This document shows positions 19,634 through 29,189 of a stretch of DNA of 64,000 bases, one piece after another. The position numbers were made by a program, and so were the translations under genes. The stretch comes from Rhizobium sp. Q54 (GTDB taxonomy: Bacteria; Pseudomonadota; Alphaproteobacteria; UBA2966; CAIVPW01), in contig CAMEYM010000007.1 in the NCBI GenBank assembly GCA_945947575.1, positions 26,862 through 90,861 on the forward strand, written 5' to 3'. Positions within the stretch are counted from its first letter, which is position 1. Every line of letters starts with the position of its first letter. Under the pieces are notes generated by a model that was not told the DNA's origin, did not search any database, and worked only from the letters and a program-made list of their open reading frames with translations.

Positions 19634-20974
19634 CTATGGCTGCGAGGCCGTATGGCGCAGGGTCCACTTGCCGTTCTCGTACTTCCATATGTGCGGGGAA
19701 CGGAAGCGATCGCAGAGGTGGTCGAAATACGCACGGTCGAGGACCGGCTGCTCGAACATCTTCGACGCGACCGGGAACTCCTCGACAGGCAACGACAGGT
19801 ACCGCAGCAGCTCATCGAGGAAGCGCTCAGGGTACTCGCCATCGAAGCGCCGCACCAACGCCACGGCCTCGTCGCGCGTGATGTCCTGGTTGCGCGTTTC
19901 TTGCGCGGCATCATAGGTGGCACGGCCGATGCCGAACTTGATGAACGTAGTGTAGTAGTGCAGGTCGTCGAGCTTGTCGTCGATTGAGTTGTACTTGCTG
20001 TAGGTGCCGACCGTCCGCTCGGGGGAGGCCCGGAAGTCGCTGTGCTGCACCGCGTGGTAGTAGGCCGCCTGCGGGTGCCAGCGCTCGTAATAGCCGATGT
20101 AATGGATCTGCACGCCGCACTCGCGCAGCGCATTGGTGTCGGCCGGCAGGTACCAGGCGTAGTCGACAGGCTCCAGGCCGTAGTCCGCCTCCAGCTGCGC
20201 CAGCGGAACGCCTCCCAAGAGGAACTCGGAGCGGCCCTCGGCGCTGAAATAGCGTGCGTCCCGTGAAGCCTGTTCGTTCTCCCGCACGGGGTTGCCGTAC
20301 TCCGCCTCGTTCTCGCCGTAGAAGACGAGCTGCACGTCGTGCAGCAGGGCAACCTTGGGCGCCAAGTTCTTCTGGCCCAGGATGAACGGCTGAAACGGGT
20401 GCAGCAGGTTCTCAACCGCAAGGCGCGTGAGCAGCCGATGCACCCGCGCGTTCGGCGAATGCAGGATATTGTCGTAACCCGCTCGGATCCAGGACTGCTG
20501 GTTGTGCCAGCCCCAGTCCGTGTAGATGTGCGGGGCCCAGGTGATCGTCAGCGGGTGCATGCCGTATTTGTGCTTCAGCAGCCAAGCGGCATAGAAGCTG
20601 TCCTTGCCGCCCGAGCCCGGGGCGATGCAGTCATAGCGACCGTCGTTGCGGCGGTAGCGGTCGCACAGCGCTCGCATTTCCTGGTCGCGGCTGCTCCAGT
20701 CGATGCCAGCCTTCTTTTGGGCGAAGTGACATGCATCGCATACGCCGTGGGCATCGAAGCGGATTGTGGACTTCTTCTCACCCTTGGCGTGCTTGAACTC
20801 GATGGAGGAACTCGGGCGCTGGTTGGAGATGACGCACGACCGGCAGAACTGGACGTCGGGCGGCAGACCGTACAAAGCCTCCGTCTCGTTCAGTCCTGGC
20901 GCAAATCGGCTCGTGTCGACAAGCTGATGGCGTGGATGACGCGCGCGCGATCCCGCGGCCGCTTCGACCTTCAT
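19634..20974 (-). CDS. N-acetyl sugar amidotransferase (PseA/WbuX/WbpG family)
   Basis: CRSCV, CDAC, SGGKDS PP-loop, YGENEAEYG, IDDK..DLHYY, KFGIGRA. Confidence 0.9.
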   Translation of the reverse strand: MKVEAAAGSRARHPRHQLVDTSRFAPGLNETEALYGLPPDVQFCRSCVISNQRPSSSIEFKHAKGEKKSTIRFDAHGVCDACHFAQKKAGIDWSSRDQEMRALCDRYRRNDGRYDCIAPGSGGKDSFYAAWLLKHKYGMHPLTITWAPHIYTDWGWHNQQSWIRAGYDNILHSPNARVHRLLTRLAVENLLHPFQPFILGQKNLAPKVALLHDVQLVFYGENEAEYGNPVRENEQASRDARYFSAEGRSEFLLGGVPLAQLEADYGLEPVDYAWYLPADTNALRECGVQIHYIGYYERWHPQAAYYHAVQHSDFRASPERTVGTYSKYNSIDDKLDDLHYYTTFIKFGIGRATYDAAQETRNQDITRDEAVALVRRFDGEYPERFLDELLRYLSLPVEEFPVASKMFEQPVLDRAYFDHLCDRFRSPHIWKYENGKWTLRHTASQP

Positions 20975-20982
20975 TACTCGTC

Positions 20983-22155
20983 TTACCTCGCGCCTTCGGC
21001 AGGTTGATGGACGTCGACAAAGCGTTTGCGAATCAGCGCCTTCGGGTCGGCGATGTTCTTCAATGCCGAGACGATGCGGGCCGACGTATGACCATCCCCA
21101 TAGGGGTTGACCACCGAGCGGCAATCGAGTTCGAACGCTTGGCGGATTGCTGACTCAATGGCGTCGGCCGCGGCAAGGCAATTGAGGATCGAGGCCGCTT
21201 GCTGCCGGCCGCGCTGGCGCTCACCGATGTTGACGGTGGGCTTCTGCAACGATGGCGCCTCCATGATTCCGCTCGACGAGTTGCCGACGACCGCGTCGAC
21301 TTGCGCCATCACGCTGAGATAGCGCAGTTGGCCGAGCGAGTTCATGAACAGGGCGTTGTCCCGCTCGCGGACGAACGCCTCGATCATCGGGAACAATGTT
21401 CGGCCGTGGGTATCGGCGTTCGGTCCGGTGAGGACGATTCCCACCTCCGGTCCGAGCCGATCCAGGGCGGTCAGCAGCTGCGCAAAGGGCATTGCCGGCG
21501 CCTGGTCCGCCAAGGTCTCCGGATGAAACGTGACGAGCACGTTCCTGGCGCGAAACCGGAATGCCAGATCGCGCTCGAGTTCCCCGCGGTCCAGCAGCTC
21601 GACGCGCCGCAGGTAGTCCAGGCCGGGGCTGCCGACGTCGTGAACCGACGCGGGGTTCTCTCCTAGCTGGCGCACGCGCTGCGCCGACGCGGCATTGGTG
21701 ACGAAGTGCACGTGCGACATCTTGGTGATGCTGTGGCGGATGGCATCATCGAACGCGCCCTCGGTCAGGTCGCCGCCGATCAGGTGTGCCACGGGGAGCT
21801 GCAGGACTAGCGCCGCTTGCGCCGCCGCAAACGTCTCGAAGCGATCACCCAGAAGCAAGACCATGTCGGGGTTCATGCGCGCGAAGGCTTCGGCCATCCC
21901 CATCGTGCCGAGTCCGATCGACTTGGCGATGCTGATCGGTGTATCTCCCGACAGCAGCATCTCGACGCGATCGGCGATCTCGAAGCCGTCCGCCTCGATG
22001 GCCTTCACGGTCAAGCCGAACTCGGGCGAAAGGTGTGTGCCCGTGACGAGCAGCCGGAGCTGCAGGTGCTCGTCGTCGCGGATGGCGCGCAGCACCCAGT
22101 ACAGGAGGCCGTAATCGCTCCTCGCTCCAGTCACCGCGCAAATCGTCCGCCGCAT
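20983..22155 (-). CDS. neuC: Hydrolysing UDP/GDP-GlcNAc 2-epimerase (NeuC/LegG)
   Basis: TGARSDYG, GTHLSPEFG, GDRFE, DDAIRHSITK, VTFHPET, GNSSSG. Confidence 0.92.
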   Translation of the reverse strand: MRRTICAVTGARSDYGLLYWVLRAIRDDEHLQLRLLVTGTHLSPEFGLTVKAIEADGFEIADRVEMLLSGDTPISIAKSIGLGTMGMAEAFARMNPDMVLLLGDRFETFAAAQAALVLQLPVAHLIGGDLTEGAFDDAIRHSITKMSHVHFVTNAASAQRVRQLGENPASVHDVGSPGLDYLRRVELLDRGELERDLAFRFRARNVLVTFHPETLADQAPAMPFAQLLTALDRLGPEVGIVLTGPNADTHGRTLFPMIEAFVRERDNALFMNSLGQLRYLSVMAQVDAVVGNSSSGIMEAPSLQKPTVNIGERQRGRQQAASILNCLAAADAIESAIRQAFELDCRSVVNPYGDGHTSARIVSALKNIADPKALIRKRFVDVHQPAEGAR

Positions 22156-22166
22156 CGTGCCTCGGA

Positions 22167-23168
22167 CTAGACCGCGTAATCCGTACGCGAGTAATGCGCG
22201 AGGTTGGCTGGATCGCGGAACCACTGCGCGGTCTTCGCCAGGCCGCGGCGGAAGCCCTCGATGCCACCGAATTGCGGCGACCAATCGAGCAGGCGCTTGG
22301 CCTTGCTGTTGTCCGCAAGCAGCCGCTCGACCTCGCTCCTGGCGGGGCGCAGGCGATCCATCTCGGTGGCGATTGTCGCCCGGACGCCCATGACATTGGC
22401 GATTTCCTTGGCCGTGTCGCCGATCGAAATTTCGAAGCCGCTGCCCAGGTTGACGACCTCGCCTAGGTTCTTGTCGCTCTTCAGGGCTGCGACAAACCCG
22501 GAAACGGTATCGTCGACGAAGCTGAAGTCGCGCGTCGGCGTCAACGCGCCGAGCTTCAGCTCCGTCATTCCGCGAGCGAGCTGTGAGATGATGGTTGGGA
22601 TCACCGCACGCAGGGACTGCCTGGGGCCGTAGGTATTAAAAGGCCGCAGGATCGTCACCGGCGCGCCGAACGATAGAAAGAACGAGCGGGCAATCTGGTC
22701 AGCGCCGATCTTCGACGCAGCGTACGGAGATTGCCCCACCAGGGCGTGCGCCTCGCTGATCGGCACGGCCTGCGCGGTTCCATACACTTCGCTCGTCGAG
22801 GTGTGAACGATCTTCTCGACCCCGAAGTCATGCGCCGCCTGGACGACGTTAAGTGTGCCGACGACGTTGGTTTGCACGTAGGACGTCGGTGCTCGATAGG
22901 AGTAGGGAATGCCGATCAGCGCCGCAAGGTGCAGCACTGCGGAGGCGCCGCGCACTGCGGAGCGCACGCAGTCTGCATCGCGAATGTCGGCGGGGACAAC
23001 CTCGAGCTTGCCGAGGTCGAGCTTGGTGCGGTCGAGCCAGCCCCACGAGCCGAACGAGTTGTAGTAGACCAGGGCACGCACCGCATGGCCGTCGCGGAGC
23101 AGCCGTTCGACGAGGTGGGAGCCGATAAAGCCGTCGGCGCCGGTGACGAGGATCGGCTTGCTTGTCAT
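22167..23168 (-). CDS. legB: NAD-dependent GDP-GlcNAc 4,6-dehydratase (LegB-like)
   Basis: TGADGFIGSHL, LAALIGIPYSY, TSTSEVYG, QSPYAASK, RPFNTYGPRQS.RAVIP. Confidence 0.88.
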   Translation of the reverse strand: MTSKPILVTGADGFIGSHLVERLLRDGHAVRALVYYNSFGSWGWLDRTKLDLGKLEVVPADIRDADCVRSAVRGASAVLHLAALIGIPYSYRAPTSYVQTNVVGTLNVVQAAHDFGVEKIVHTSTSEVYGTAQAVPISEAHALVGQSPYAASKIGADQIARSFFLSFGAPVTILRPFNTYGPRQSLRAVIPTIISQLARGMTELKLGALTPTRDFSFVDDTVSGFVAALKSDKNLGEVVNLGSGFEISIGDTAKEIANVMGVRATIATEMDRLRPARSEVERLLADNSKAKRLLDWSPQFGGIEGFRRGLAKTAQWFRDPANLAHYSRTDYAV

Positions 23169-24109
23169 GCGATCCTCGAAACAGGTGCGTCCTGAGTCTT
23201 CGCCACCAGCCGCTTGCCGATTGCCAGTGCCGGGGTGCTACCCGGGCCGACGACACCGCCCTCGACCGCCGCCATTTGGGTGACTCGGATGCTGCTCGTG
23301 CCGGTCTTCACGACGATGCTGCCGTGCTGACGTCCCACGACTTCGCCGGGAGTTGCCAGATATGCGGGCGCGCCAGGAATTGCCTCTGCCTGCAGGATGG
23401 CGACGACTTGGTCACCGACCATGGCGCGCGCGCCAGGCGCCGGTGGAGCGATGCCGCGTACGAAGTTGACGACGCGCTCGCTCGGCCACTGCCAATCAAT
23501 CCACTCGTCACCGTCGCGGCGACGTGGGCAGTAGAATCCGACCGGATGGATGCTCGCCTGCGGCGTGCGTTTCGCTGTACCGGCGGCGATATGGAGCACC
23601 GCCTCATGCAAGAGCGTGGCGCAGGCCCCCTCAGCCTTGGTCAGCACGCTCGCGTAGTCGTCGGTCGCGGAGATCGGAATGTGCTGCTGCAGGATGATGT
23701 CGCCCGTGTCTATTCCAGTATCGACATGGTGCACGGTGACCCCAAACGTCCTTTCCCCGTTGATGAGCGCCCAGTTAAGTACGTTGCGGCCGCGGTAGAA
23801 GGGCAGGGCGCCGGCGTGACAGTTGATGGTGGCCGCTGCATCCAGGAACGGAGCGCGGAAGATCTGATCGAATGACATCGACACATGCAAGTCGACCCCG
23901 AAGGGTCGCAACGCAGCCAGTGCCTCGGCCGAGTTGACGTCACGGAGGTGACGCGTCGGGATGCCTAGGCCCTCCGCCTGCTGCATGAGTTCGCGGTCGG
24001 GATTGTGGTAGCGCGGCACGACGACGGCGACCTGGACTCCCGCCGCCGTCGCGATCAGCGGCAGAGCGGATCGCGCCCAGCGGCCATCGCCGAAGTACGC
24101 GATGCGCAT
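23165..24109 (-). CDS. Sugar N-formyltransferase (Fmt-like)
   Basis: INCHAGALPFYRGRN, GVTVH, DTGIDTGDI, C-terminal Fmt_C-like region. Confidence 0.88.
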   Translation of the reverse strand: MRIAYFGDGRWARSALPLIATAAGVQVAVVVPRYHNPDRELMQQAEGLGIPTRHLRDVNSAEALAALRPFGVDLHVSMSFDQIFRAPFLDAAATINCHAGALPFYRGRNVLNWALINGERTFGVTVHHVDTGIDTGDIILQQHIPISATDDYASVLTKAEGACATLLHEAVLHIAAGTAKRTPQASIHPVGFYCPRRRDGDEWIDWQWPSERVVNFVRGIAPPAPGARAMVGDQVVAILQAEAIPGAPAYLATPGEVVGRQHGSIVVKTGTSSIRVTQMAAVEGGVVGPGSTPALAIGKRLVAKTQDAPVSRIA

Positions 24110-25179
24110 CAGATCAGGTCTTCCACCGCATAATCGCGCACCGCGGGCGTTCCCAGGCGCTCGAAGTAGTCCATCGGCGAGATGCCACTGCCCGGCCGCT
24201 TCACTGTTAGGTTGCGCTCGGTCAGGATTTCGCCGCGCGCAATGGACGTCGAAGCAACCAGGCTCTTTCGGGCGATCGCCAGGTTACGCTGCTCGGACCG
24301 CGATGGTTCTTTGATGCCTGAACCCAGCGCGCGCTCGACCTGCCGGATACTGGCGATCATGTCCCCCAGCTCGCGTGGCTCAAGGGAGGCAGCGTGGTCA
24401 GGCCCGGGCAGGGAGCGGCGCAGTGTGAAATGCTTCTCGATCACAGCCGCGCCGCGCGCGACCGCTGCGATCGATGCAACCATACCCGACGTGTGGTCCG
24501 AGTAGCCGACGCGCACCCCGAACGTGTCGCGTATCGTGTCCATTGCGCGCAGGTTGGCGTCCTCGATCGGAGCCGGATACTCCGTCGTGCAGTGCAGGAC
24601 GATGACACGCTCGCCGAGTTCGCGCCGTGCGTCCGGTTGCTCAATCGCCGACCGGAACGCAGCCAGGGACGGACGTGCGGTGGTCCCGCTGAATCCGAAA
24701 GCGAGAACGCCGAGCGCTGTTTCCACTTCCTGCAAGTCGGCCATGCCGGTCGAGAGGATTACCGGGAGCCCGGTCTTTGCCGCTGCCAAGAGCATCAACG
24801 GGTTGGTCACCTCGCCCGACGGGATCTTCAGGAAGGGCATGCGGAAGTTCGACACCAGGAAGCGCATGCTGCCCGGGTCGAACGGAGTGGACATAAAGGC
24901 GATCGACTTTGCGCGGCAGCGCTCGGCAAGCTTGGTGTGGAGGTCGGGGGAAAGCTCGAGGCGCCGCAGCATTGCATGCTGCGACTCCGATTCCCCTGTA
25001 TTGCGCAGCTGGTAGTCGGCCTTGAGTGCCGCGTGCGTCGCAAGGTCGTCTGCACGAAAGGTCTGGAACTTGACCGCATCGGCTCCAGCTGCCGCCGCGA
25101 CGTCGACCAGATCGAGCGCCAGTGCCTCGTCTCCGTTGTGGTTTACTCCCGCTTCGGCGATGACGAAGGTGTCGGTCAT
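24109..25179 (-). CDS. neuB: NeuB-family nonulosonate synthase (LegI-like) with SAF domain
   Basis: IAEAGVNHNG, DAVKFQTF, KIPSGE, LHCTTEYP, GYSDHT, EKHFTL.R.LPGPDH. Confidence 0.93.
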   Translation of the reverse strand: MTDTFVIAEAGVNHNGDEALALDLVDVAAAAGADAVKFQTFRADDLATHAALKADYQLRNTGESESQHAMLRRLELSPDLHTKLAERCRAKSIAFMSTPFDPGSMRFLVSNFRMPFLKIPSGEVTNPLMLLAAAKTGLPVILSTGMADLQEVETALGVLAFGFSGTTARPSLAAFRSAIEQPDARRELGERVIVLHCTTEYPAPIEDANLRAMDTIRDTFGVRVGYSDHTSGMVASIAAVARGAAVIEKHFTLRRSLPGPDHAASLEPRELGDMIASIRQVERALGSGIKEPSRSEQRNLAIARKSLVASTSIARGEILTERNLTVKRPGSGISPMDYFERLGTPAVRDYAVEDLI

Positions 25180-26387
25180 TTTCGTCCAAGCACCGCGCTG
25201 CTGGGCAAATTGATGAGGCGCGCAGCCACGTCCTCCGCCGTGCGGAGATCCATGCGCGGACACTCCTTGTACATTGCCAGGCGGTGCAGCAGGCGCCAAG
25301 CCGGGCGCGCACCATAGCCGGCGGCGGCGCAGGCCTCGAGCAACGGCGGCAGGTCGGCGGCATCCTCGAGCAACAGCGCGTTCAGCCAGTAATTCGAACG
25401 CGCGAAGTTCGCCTCCGTGAAGAGGCGAACACCATGTACGTGAGCGAACGCGCTTGCATAGCGTGTAGCCAGATTGCGCTTGTCTGCGAGAAACCGCTCG
25501 ATCTGCTCGAGCTGCGCGCATCCCAGCGCCGCGTTTATGTTCGGCAGCCGGTAGTTGAAACCGATTTCGTCGTGCACGTACTCCCAGCGGTGTGGGACTT
25601 TGGCGGTTGTGCTGAGATGCTTGGCGCGGCGCGCTAGTTCCGCGTCTTGAGTCAGGATCGCACCGCCGCCACCCGTAGTGATGATCTTGTTGCCGTTGAA
25701 GCTGAGCGCGGCAAGCGGCGCAAGCGTTCCGGTATGCTTGCCCTTGTAGTACGAGCCGAGCGACTCGGCGGCGTCCTCTACCAGCGCAATCCCCCAGGGC
25801 GCGCAGACCGCCTTCAATGCATCGAGATCGGCGGGATGCCCAAACGTGTGCACGCAGACCAGCGCGCGGATGGGCCGCCCGGTCTGCCGATTGAAGCAGA
25901 CGCCGCGCTCGACGCGCGCTACTTCGCGCAGTGCGTGCTCCAGCTGGCCCGCATCAATGCCGAGGGTGGTGGCGTCAATATCCGCGAAATGGCAGGTCGC
26001 GCCGGTATAGGCGACCGCGTTGGCAGTGGCCACGAACGTCAACGCGGGGATGATCACTTCGTCGCCGGCCCGCACGCCCAGTAGGTGGAGGCACAAGTGC
26101 AACGCCGCGGTGCCATTCGTCGTGGCAACGGCGAACGGGCTGCCCGTGAACGCCGCTAGGTCACGCTCGAACCGATCGACGTAGGCGCCGACCGACGAGA
26201 CCCAGCCGGTGTCGATACAGTCAAGAATGTAGGCGCGCTCGCGCCCTGCGAACTCAGGCTCGTGCAGAAATGCAGGATTCGGCACCACCCCGCGAAGCGC
26301 CCGCAGCACCTCCTCCGCGGCCATACCCTGGCGGCCGAGCCGGTTGTCGAGCGCCAGGCGTTGGCTGTCTTTCGTCACGGTGCTCAC
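25176..26387 (-). CDS. legC: LegC-like DegT aminotransferase
   Basis: LHEP, TGWVSSVG, NGTAALH, SFNGNKIITTGGGG, HDEIGFNYRLPNINAALG. Confidence 0.9.
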   Translation of the reverse strand: MSTVTKDSQRLALDNRLGRQGMAAEEVLRALRGVVPNPAFLHEPEFAGRERAYILDCIDTGWVSSVGAYVDRFERDLAAFTGSPFAVATTNGTAALHLCLHLLGVRAGDEVIIPALTFVATANAVAYTGATCHFADIDATTLGIDAGQLEHALREVARVERGVCFNRQTGRPIRALVCVHTFGHPADLDALKAVCAPWGIALVEDAAESLGSYYKGKHTGTLAPLAALSFNGNKIITTGGGGAILTQDAELARRAKHLSTTAKVPHRWEYVHDEIGFNYRLPNINAALGCAQLEQIERFLADKRNLATRYASAFAHVHGVRLFTEANFARSNYWLNALLLEDAADLPPLLEACAAAGYGARPAWRLLHRLAMYKECPRMDLRTAEDVAARLINLPSSAVLGRK

Positions 26388-28132
26388 GCTGCTGCGGCCG
26401 CCAATTCGCGCGCGACGCCATCGCTGATGTGATAGAGGCGGTCCGCGGCTTGTGCGAGCGCTGGCTGATGCGATACCGCGAGGATCGTCGTCTCGCTCGT
26501 TAGCTGGCACAGGGTGGCGCACAGCTGGGCCTCGGTCGCCGGATCGAGCGCGCTGGTCGGCTCGTCCAGCACCAGCAGCCGCGGGCGGCGCACCAGCGCG
26601 CGCGCCAGTGCGATGCGTTGGCGTTGCCCGCCTGAGAAACGCTGTGCGCGCTCGCCGATGCCGGTGTGCAGGCCTTCGGGGAGTTCCTTCACGAAGGAGC
26701 CGGCGCCCGCGAGATCGAGGGCACGCATCGCGTCCGCCTCCGTCAAGGACGGATCCATCAGCGTCACGTTCGCGAACAGCGTATCGTTGAACAGCAGGAC
26801 ATCCTGCGGCACGTAGCCGATTTGGTGGCGCCAGCTCAGCGCGTCGCGCTCGGCGAGCGGCACGCCGTCGATGCGGATCGACCCGCTGGCGGGCTCGTAC
26901 ATGCCGACCAATAGGTCGAGGATCGTCGTCTTGCCGCTGCCCGAGCCGCCGCTCAGTACGGTGAGGCGTTCCTTCTCGACGCGCAGGCTCACACCGCGCA
27001 GGACGGATTGCCCTTCGAAGGCGAACGAGACGTTCTCGACCGTCAGGTCGCGCGTCATCAACGGCGCCGCCGGCTTGCCACTTGGCTCGCGCGCCGCGCG
27101 CGCCTCCTCGAGCTCGCGCAGAATGCCCTGCACGAACCCCTCGCACGACACCAGGCCCTGGTACTGCGCCTGCAGCTTCATCACCGTCGCCGCCATGCGG
27201 TAGAGCGTCATCGCCACGACGAGAAGGGTCGCCAAGTCTCCTTGTCCAAGCACAAGAGTGGCGAACGCGATGCCGGCCATCAGGGTGACGAGCAGCGGCT
27301 CGACGAGTCCCATCAGGAATGCGTTGCTGATGGCGCTCAGGCGCAGACCGTGATGCAGGTTGGCGTTCTCTCGCATCAACATCGGCGTGAACCGATCTTC
27401 GGCCGCCATCGCCTTGATCGGCTTGATGCCGACGAGATGGTCGACCAAACGGCGCGTCACAGCGCTGTATGCGTCGCGTTGCAGGCGTCCCGCCCTGCGC
27501 GCCATGCGCACGAAGTACTGCAGCAGCGACCAAACGACGGTGCTTGCCGCCAATGCGCCCAACGTCAGCTGCCAGTTGATGAGCAAGGCGACGAGGACAT
27601 ACACGGCGATCTGCACCACAGACGCCAGGATGTCGAACGAGCTGGCGAAGGTGGCTGCTGTCTTTGAGGCCTCGGTGGTCAGAGCGTTCGCCAAGTTGCC
27701 GGTGGGCTTCTGCTTGAAGTAGCTCCAGCGCGCGTGCGCCAGTGCGTCGAACAGCTTCGCACGCAGGTCGCTGGCGAACTCGGCGCTCGCGTTACCGACG
27801 CGCACCCGCGCGCCGACAACTGCCAGGGCCTTCAACCAGAATAGGGCGGTGGCGAGCAGCAGCAGCGAGGCGACACCCGGCTCGAACCCGGTCGCGCTGC
27901 TGATCGCCGCGACGAGACCGCCGATTGGCCCGCTGTCGGTGAGCGAGCTTCCCGAAACAGTCGCGAACAGCGGCAGGAACGTCGCCAAGCCGATCCCCTC
28001 GGAAATTCCCGAGAGGATCAAAAGCGCGAGAATGATCGCCGCCTGTCCTCTGCCGATGTGGCGCACCAGGAGGAGGAGGCGCAACCCGCTGGCGTTGTCG
28101 GATTGCAGACGTTCTTTGTAGCCGAACTTCAT
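26384..28132 (-). CDS. ABC half-transporter (TMD+NBD), MsbA/PglK-like lipid-linked glycan flippase
   Basis: Hydrophobic N-half; Walker A GGSGSGKT, signature FSGGQ, Walker B LVLDE. Confidence 0.88.
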   Translation of the reverse strand: MKFGYKERLQSDNASGLRLLLLVRHIGRGQAAIILALLILSGISEGIGLATFLPLFATVSGSSLTDSGPIGGLVAAISSATGFEPGVASLLLLATALFWLKALAVVGARVRVGNASAEFASDLRAKLFDALAHARWSYFKQKPTGNLANALTTEASKTAATFASSFDILASVVQIAVYVLVALLINWQLTLGALAASTVVWSLLQYFVRMARRAGRLQRDAYSAVTRRLVDHLVGIKPIKAMAAEDRFTPMLMRENANLHHGLRLSAISNAFLMGLVEPLLVTLMAGIAFATLVLGQGDLATLLVVAMTLYRMAATVMKLQAQYQGLVSCEGFVQGILRELEEARAAREPSGKPAAPLMTRDLTVENVSFAFEGQSVLRGVSLRVEKERLTVLSGGSGSGKTTILDLLVGMYEPASGSIRIDGVPLAERDALSWRHQIGYVPQDVLLFNDTLFANVTLMDPSLTEADAMRALDLAGAGSFVKELPEGLHTGIGERAQRFSGGQRQRIALARALVRRPRLLVLDEPTSALDPATEAQLCATLCQLTSETTILAVSHQPALAQAADRLYHISDGVARELAAAAA

Positions 28133-28133
28133 G

Positions 28134-29189
28134 TTACGGCGTGGCATGCGCTGTCTCGGCTGCCGACTCCGCCAGCATGTTGCGGAACTCGTGCTCGCCA
28201 ATCCAATGCGAGTTGGTGTTGCTCGCATACTGGAAGTCGTCGGGCACCGCCTTCTCACCGGGGAAGGCGGAGTAGTGGCTGTGGATGTTGGTCCGCACTA
28301 CGTAGCGGTCGGGAAGCTCGCCCGTCGTGCGCGCGTCCTCCGCCGTCAACATCATCTCGTGCAGCTTCTCGCCCGGGCGGATTCCTGTGATGTGGACTGG
28401 CAACTCGGGTGCCAGTGCGCGCGCGAGATCGACGATCTTCATCGACGGGATCTTGGGAATGAATATCTCGCTCCCCTGCATCGTCGCAAGCACCGAGACG
28501 ACAAGGTCGACGCCCTGCCGTAGCGTGATCCAGAAGCGCGTCATGCGTGGATCGGTGATTGGCAGGCTGCTGGCGCCTTCGCGCACCAGACGTTGGAAAA
28601 GCGGTACGACGCTGCCGCGCGAGCCGACCACGTTGCCGTACCGCACTACCGAGAAGATCGGGTTGCCGGAGCCGACGATTGCACGCGCCGCCATGAAGAT
28701 CTTGTCGGCCGCGAGCTTGCTCGCGCCGTAAAGGTTGATGGGGTTAGCCGCTTTGTCGGTGCTCAGCGCTACCACCTTTTCGACGCCGGAGCGGATCGCC
28801 GCGCGCACCACGTTCTCGGCCCCGTGCACATTCGTTCGAATGCATTCGAACGGGTTGTACTCGGCGGTTGGGACTTGCTTCAGCGCCGCCGCGTGGATGA
28901 CGTAGTCGACGCCACGGAACGCCATCTCGAGTCGTTCCGAGTCGCGCACGTCGCCAATGAAGTAGCGAATGTTGGCGGCGCCGCGGAACGGCGCCTTCTC
29001 GTTCATATCGTATTGCTTCAGCTCGTCGCGCGAAAAGACGATCACCTTCTTGGGCCTGTGCCGGGTGATGAGGGTCTCGACGAACTTCTGCCCGAACGAC
29101 CCAGTGCCTCCGGTCACGAGGATGGTGCGGCCGTCCAACTGATTGTTCGCGGTCCCGCCGGCGGGGACGTGTTCAGTTCCAGGTCTCAT
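28134..29189 (-). CDS. pseB: UDP-GlcNAc 4,6-dehydratase (inverting)
   Basis: TGGTGSFG, SRDELKQ, HAAALKQVPTAEYNP, STDKAANP.NLYGASK, GNVVGSRGSV, GIRPGEKLHE. Confidence 0.93.
   Translation of the reverse strand: MRPGTEHVPAGGTANNQLDGRTILVTGGTGSFGQKFVETLITRHRPKKVIVFSRDELKQYDMNEKAPFRGAANIRYFIGDVRDSERLEMAFRGVDYVIHAAALKQVPTAEYNPFECIRTNVHGAENVVRAAIRSGVEKVVALSTDKAANPINLYGASKLAADKIFMAARAIVGSGNPIFSVVRYGNVVGSRGSVVPLFQRLVREGASSLPITDPRMTRFWITLRQGVDLVVSVLATMQGSEIFIPKIPSMKIVDLARALAPELPVHITGIRPGEKLHEMMLTAEDARTTGELPDRYVVRTNIHSHYSAFPGEKAVPDDFQYASNTNSHWIGEHEFRNMLAESAAETAHATP

Noticed and set aside
25176-27533. 785-aa ORF as an extended LegC
   Set aside because: The extension overlaps the ABC transporter in another frame; homology begins near 26387.
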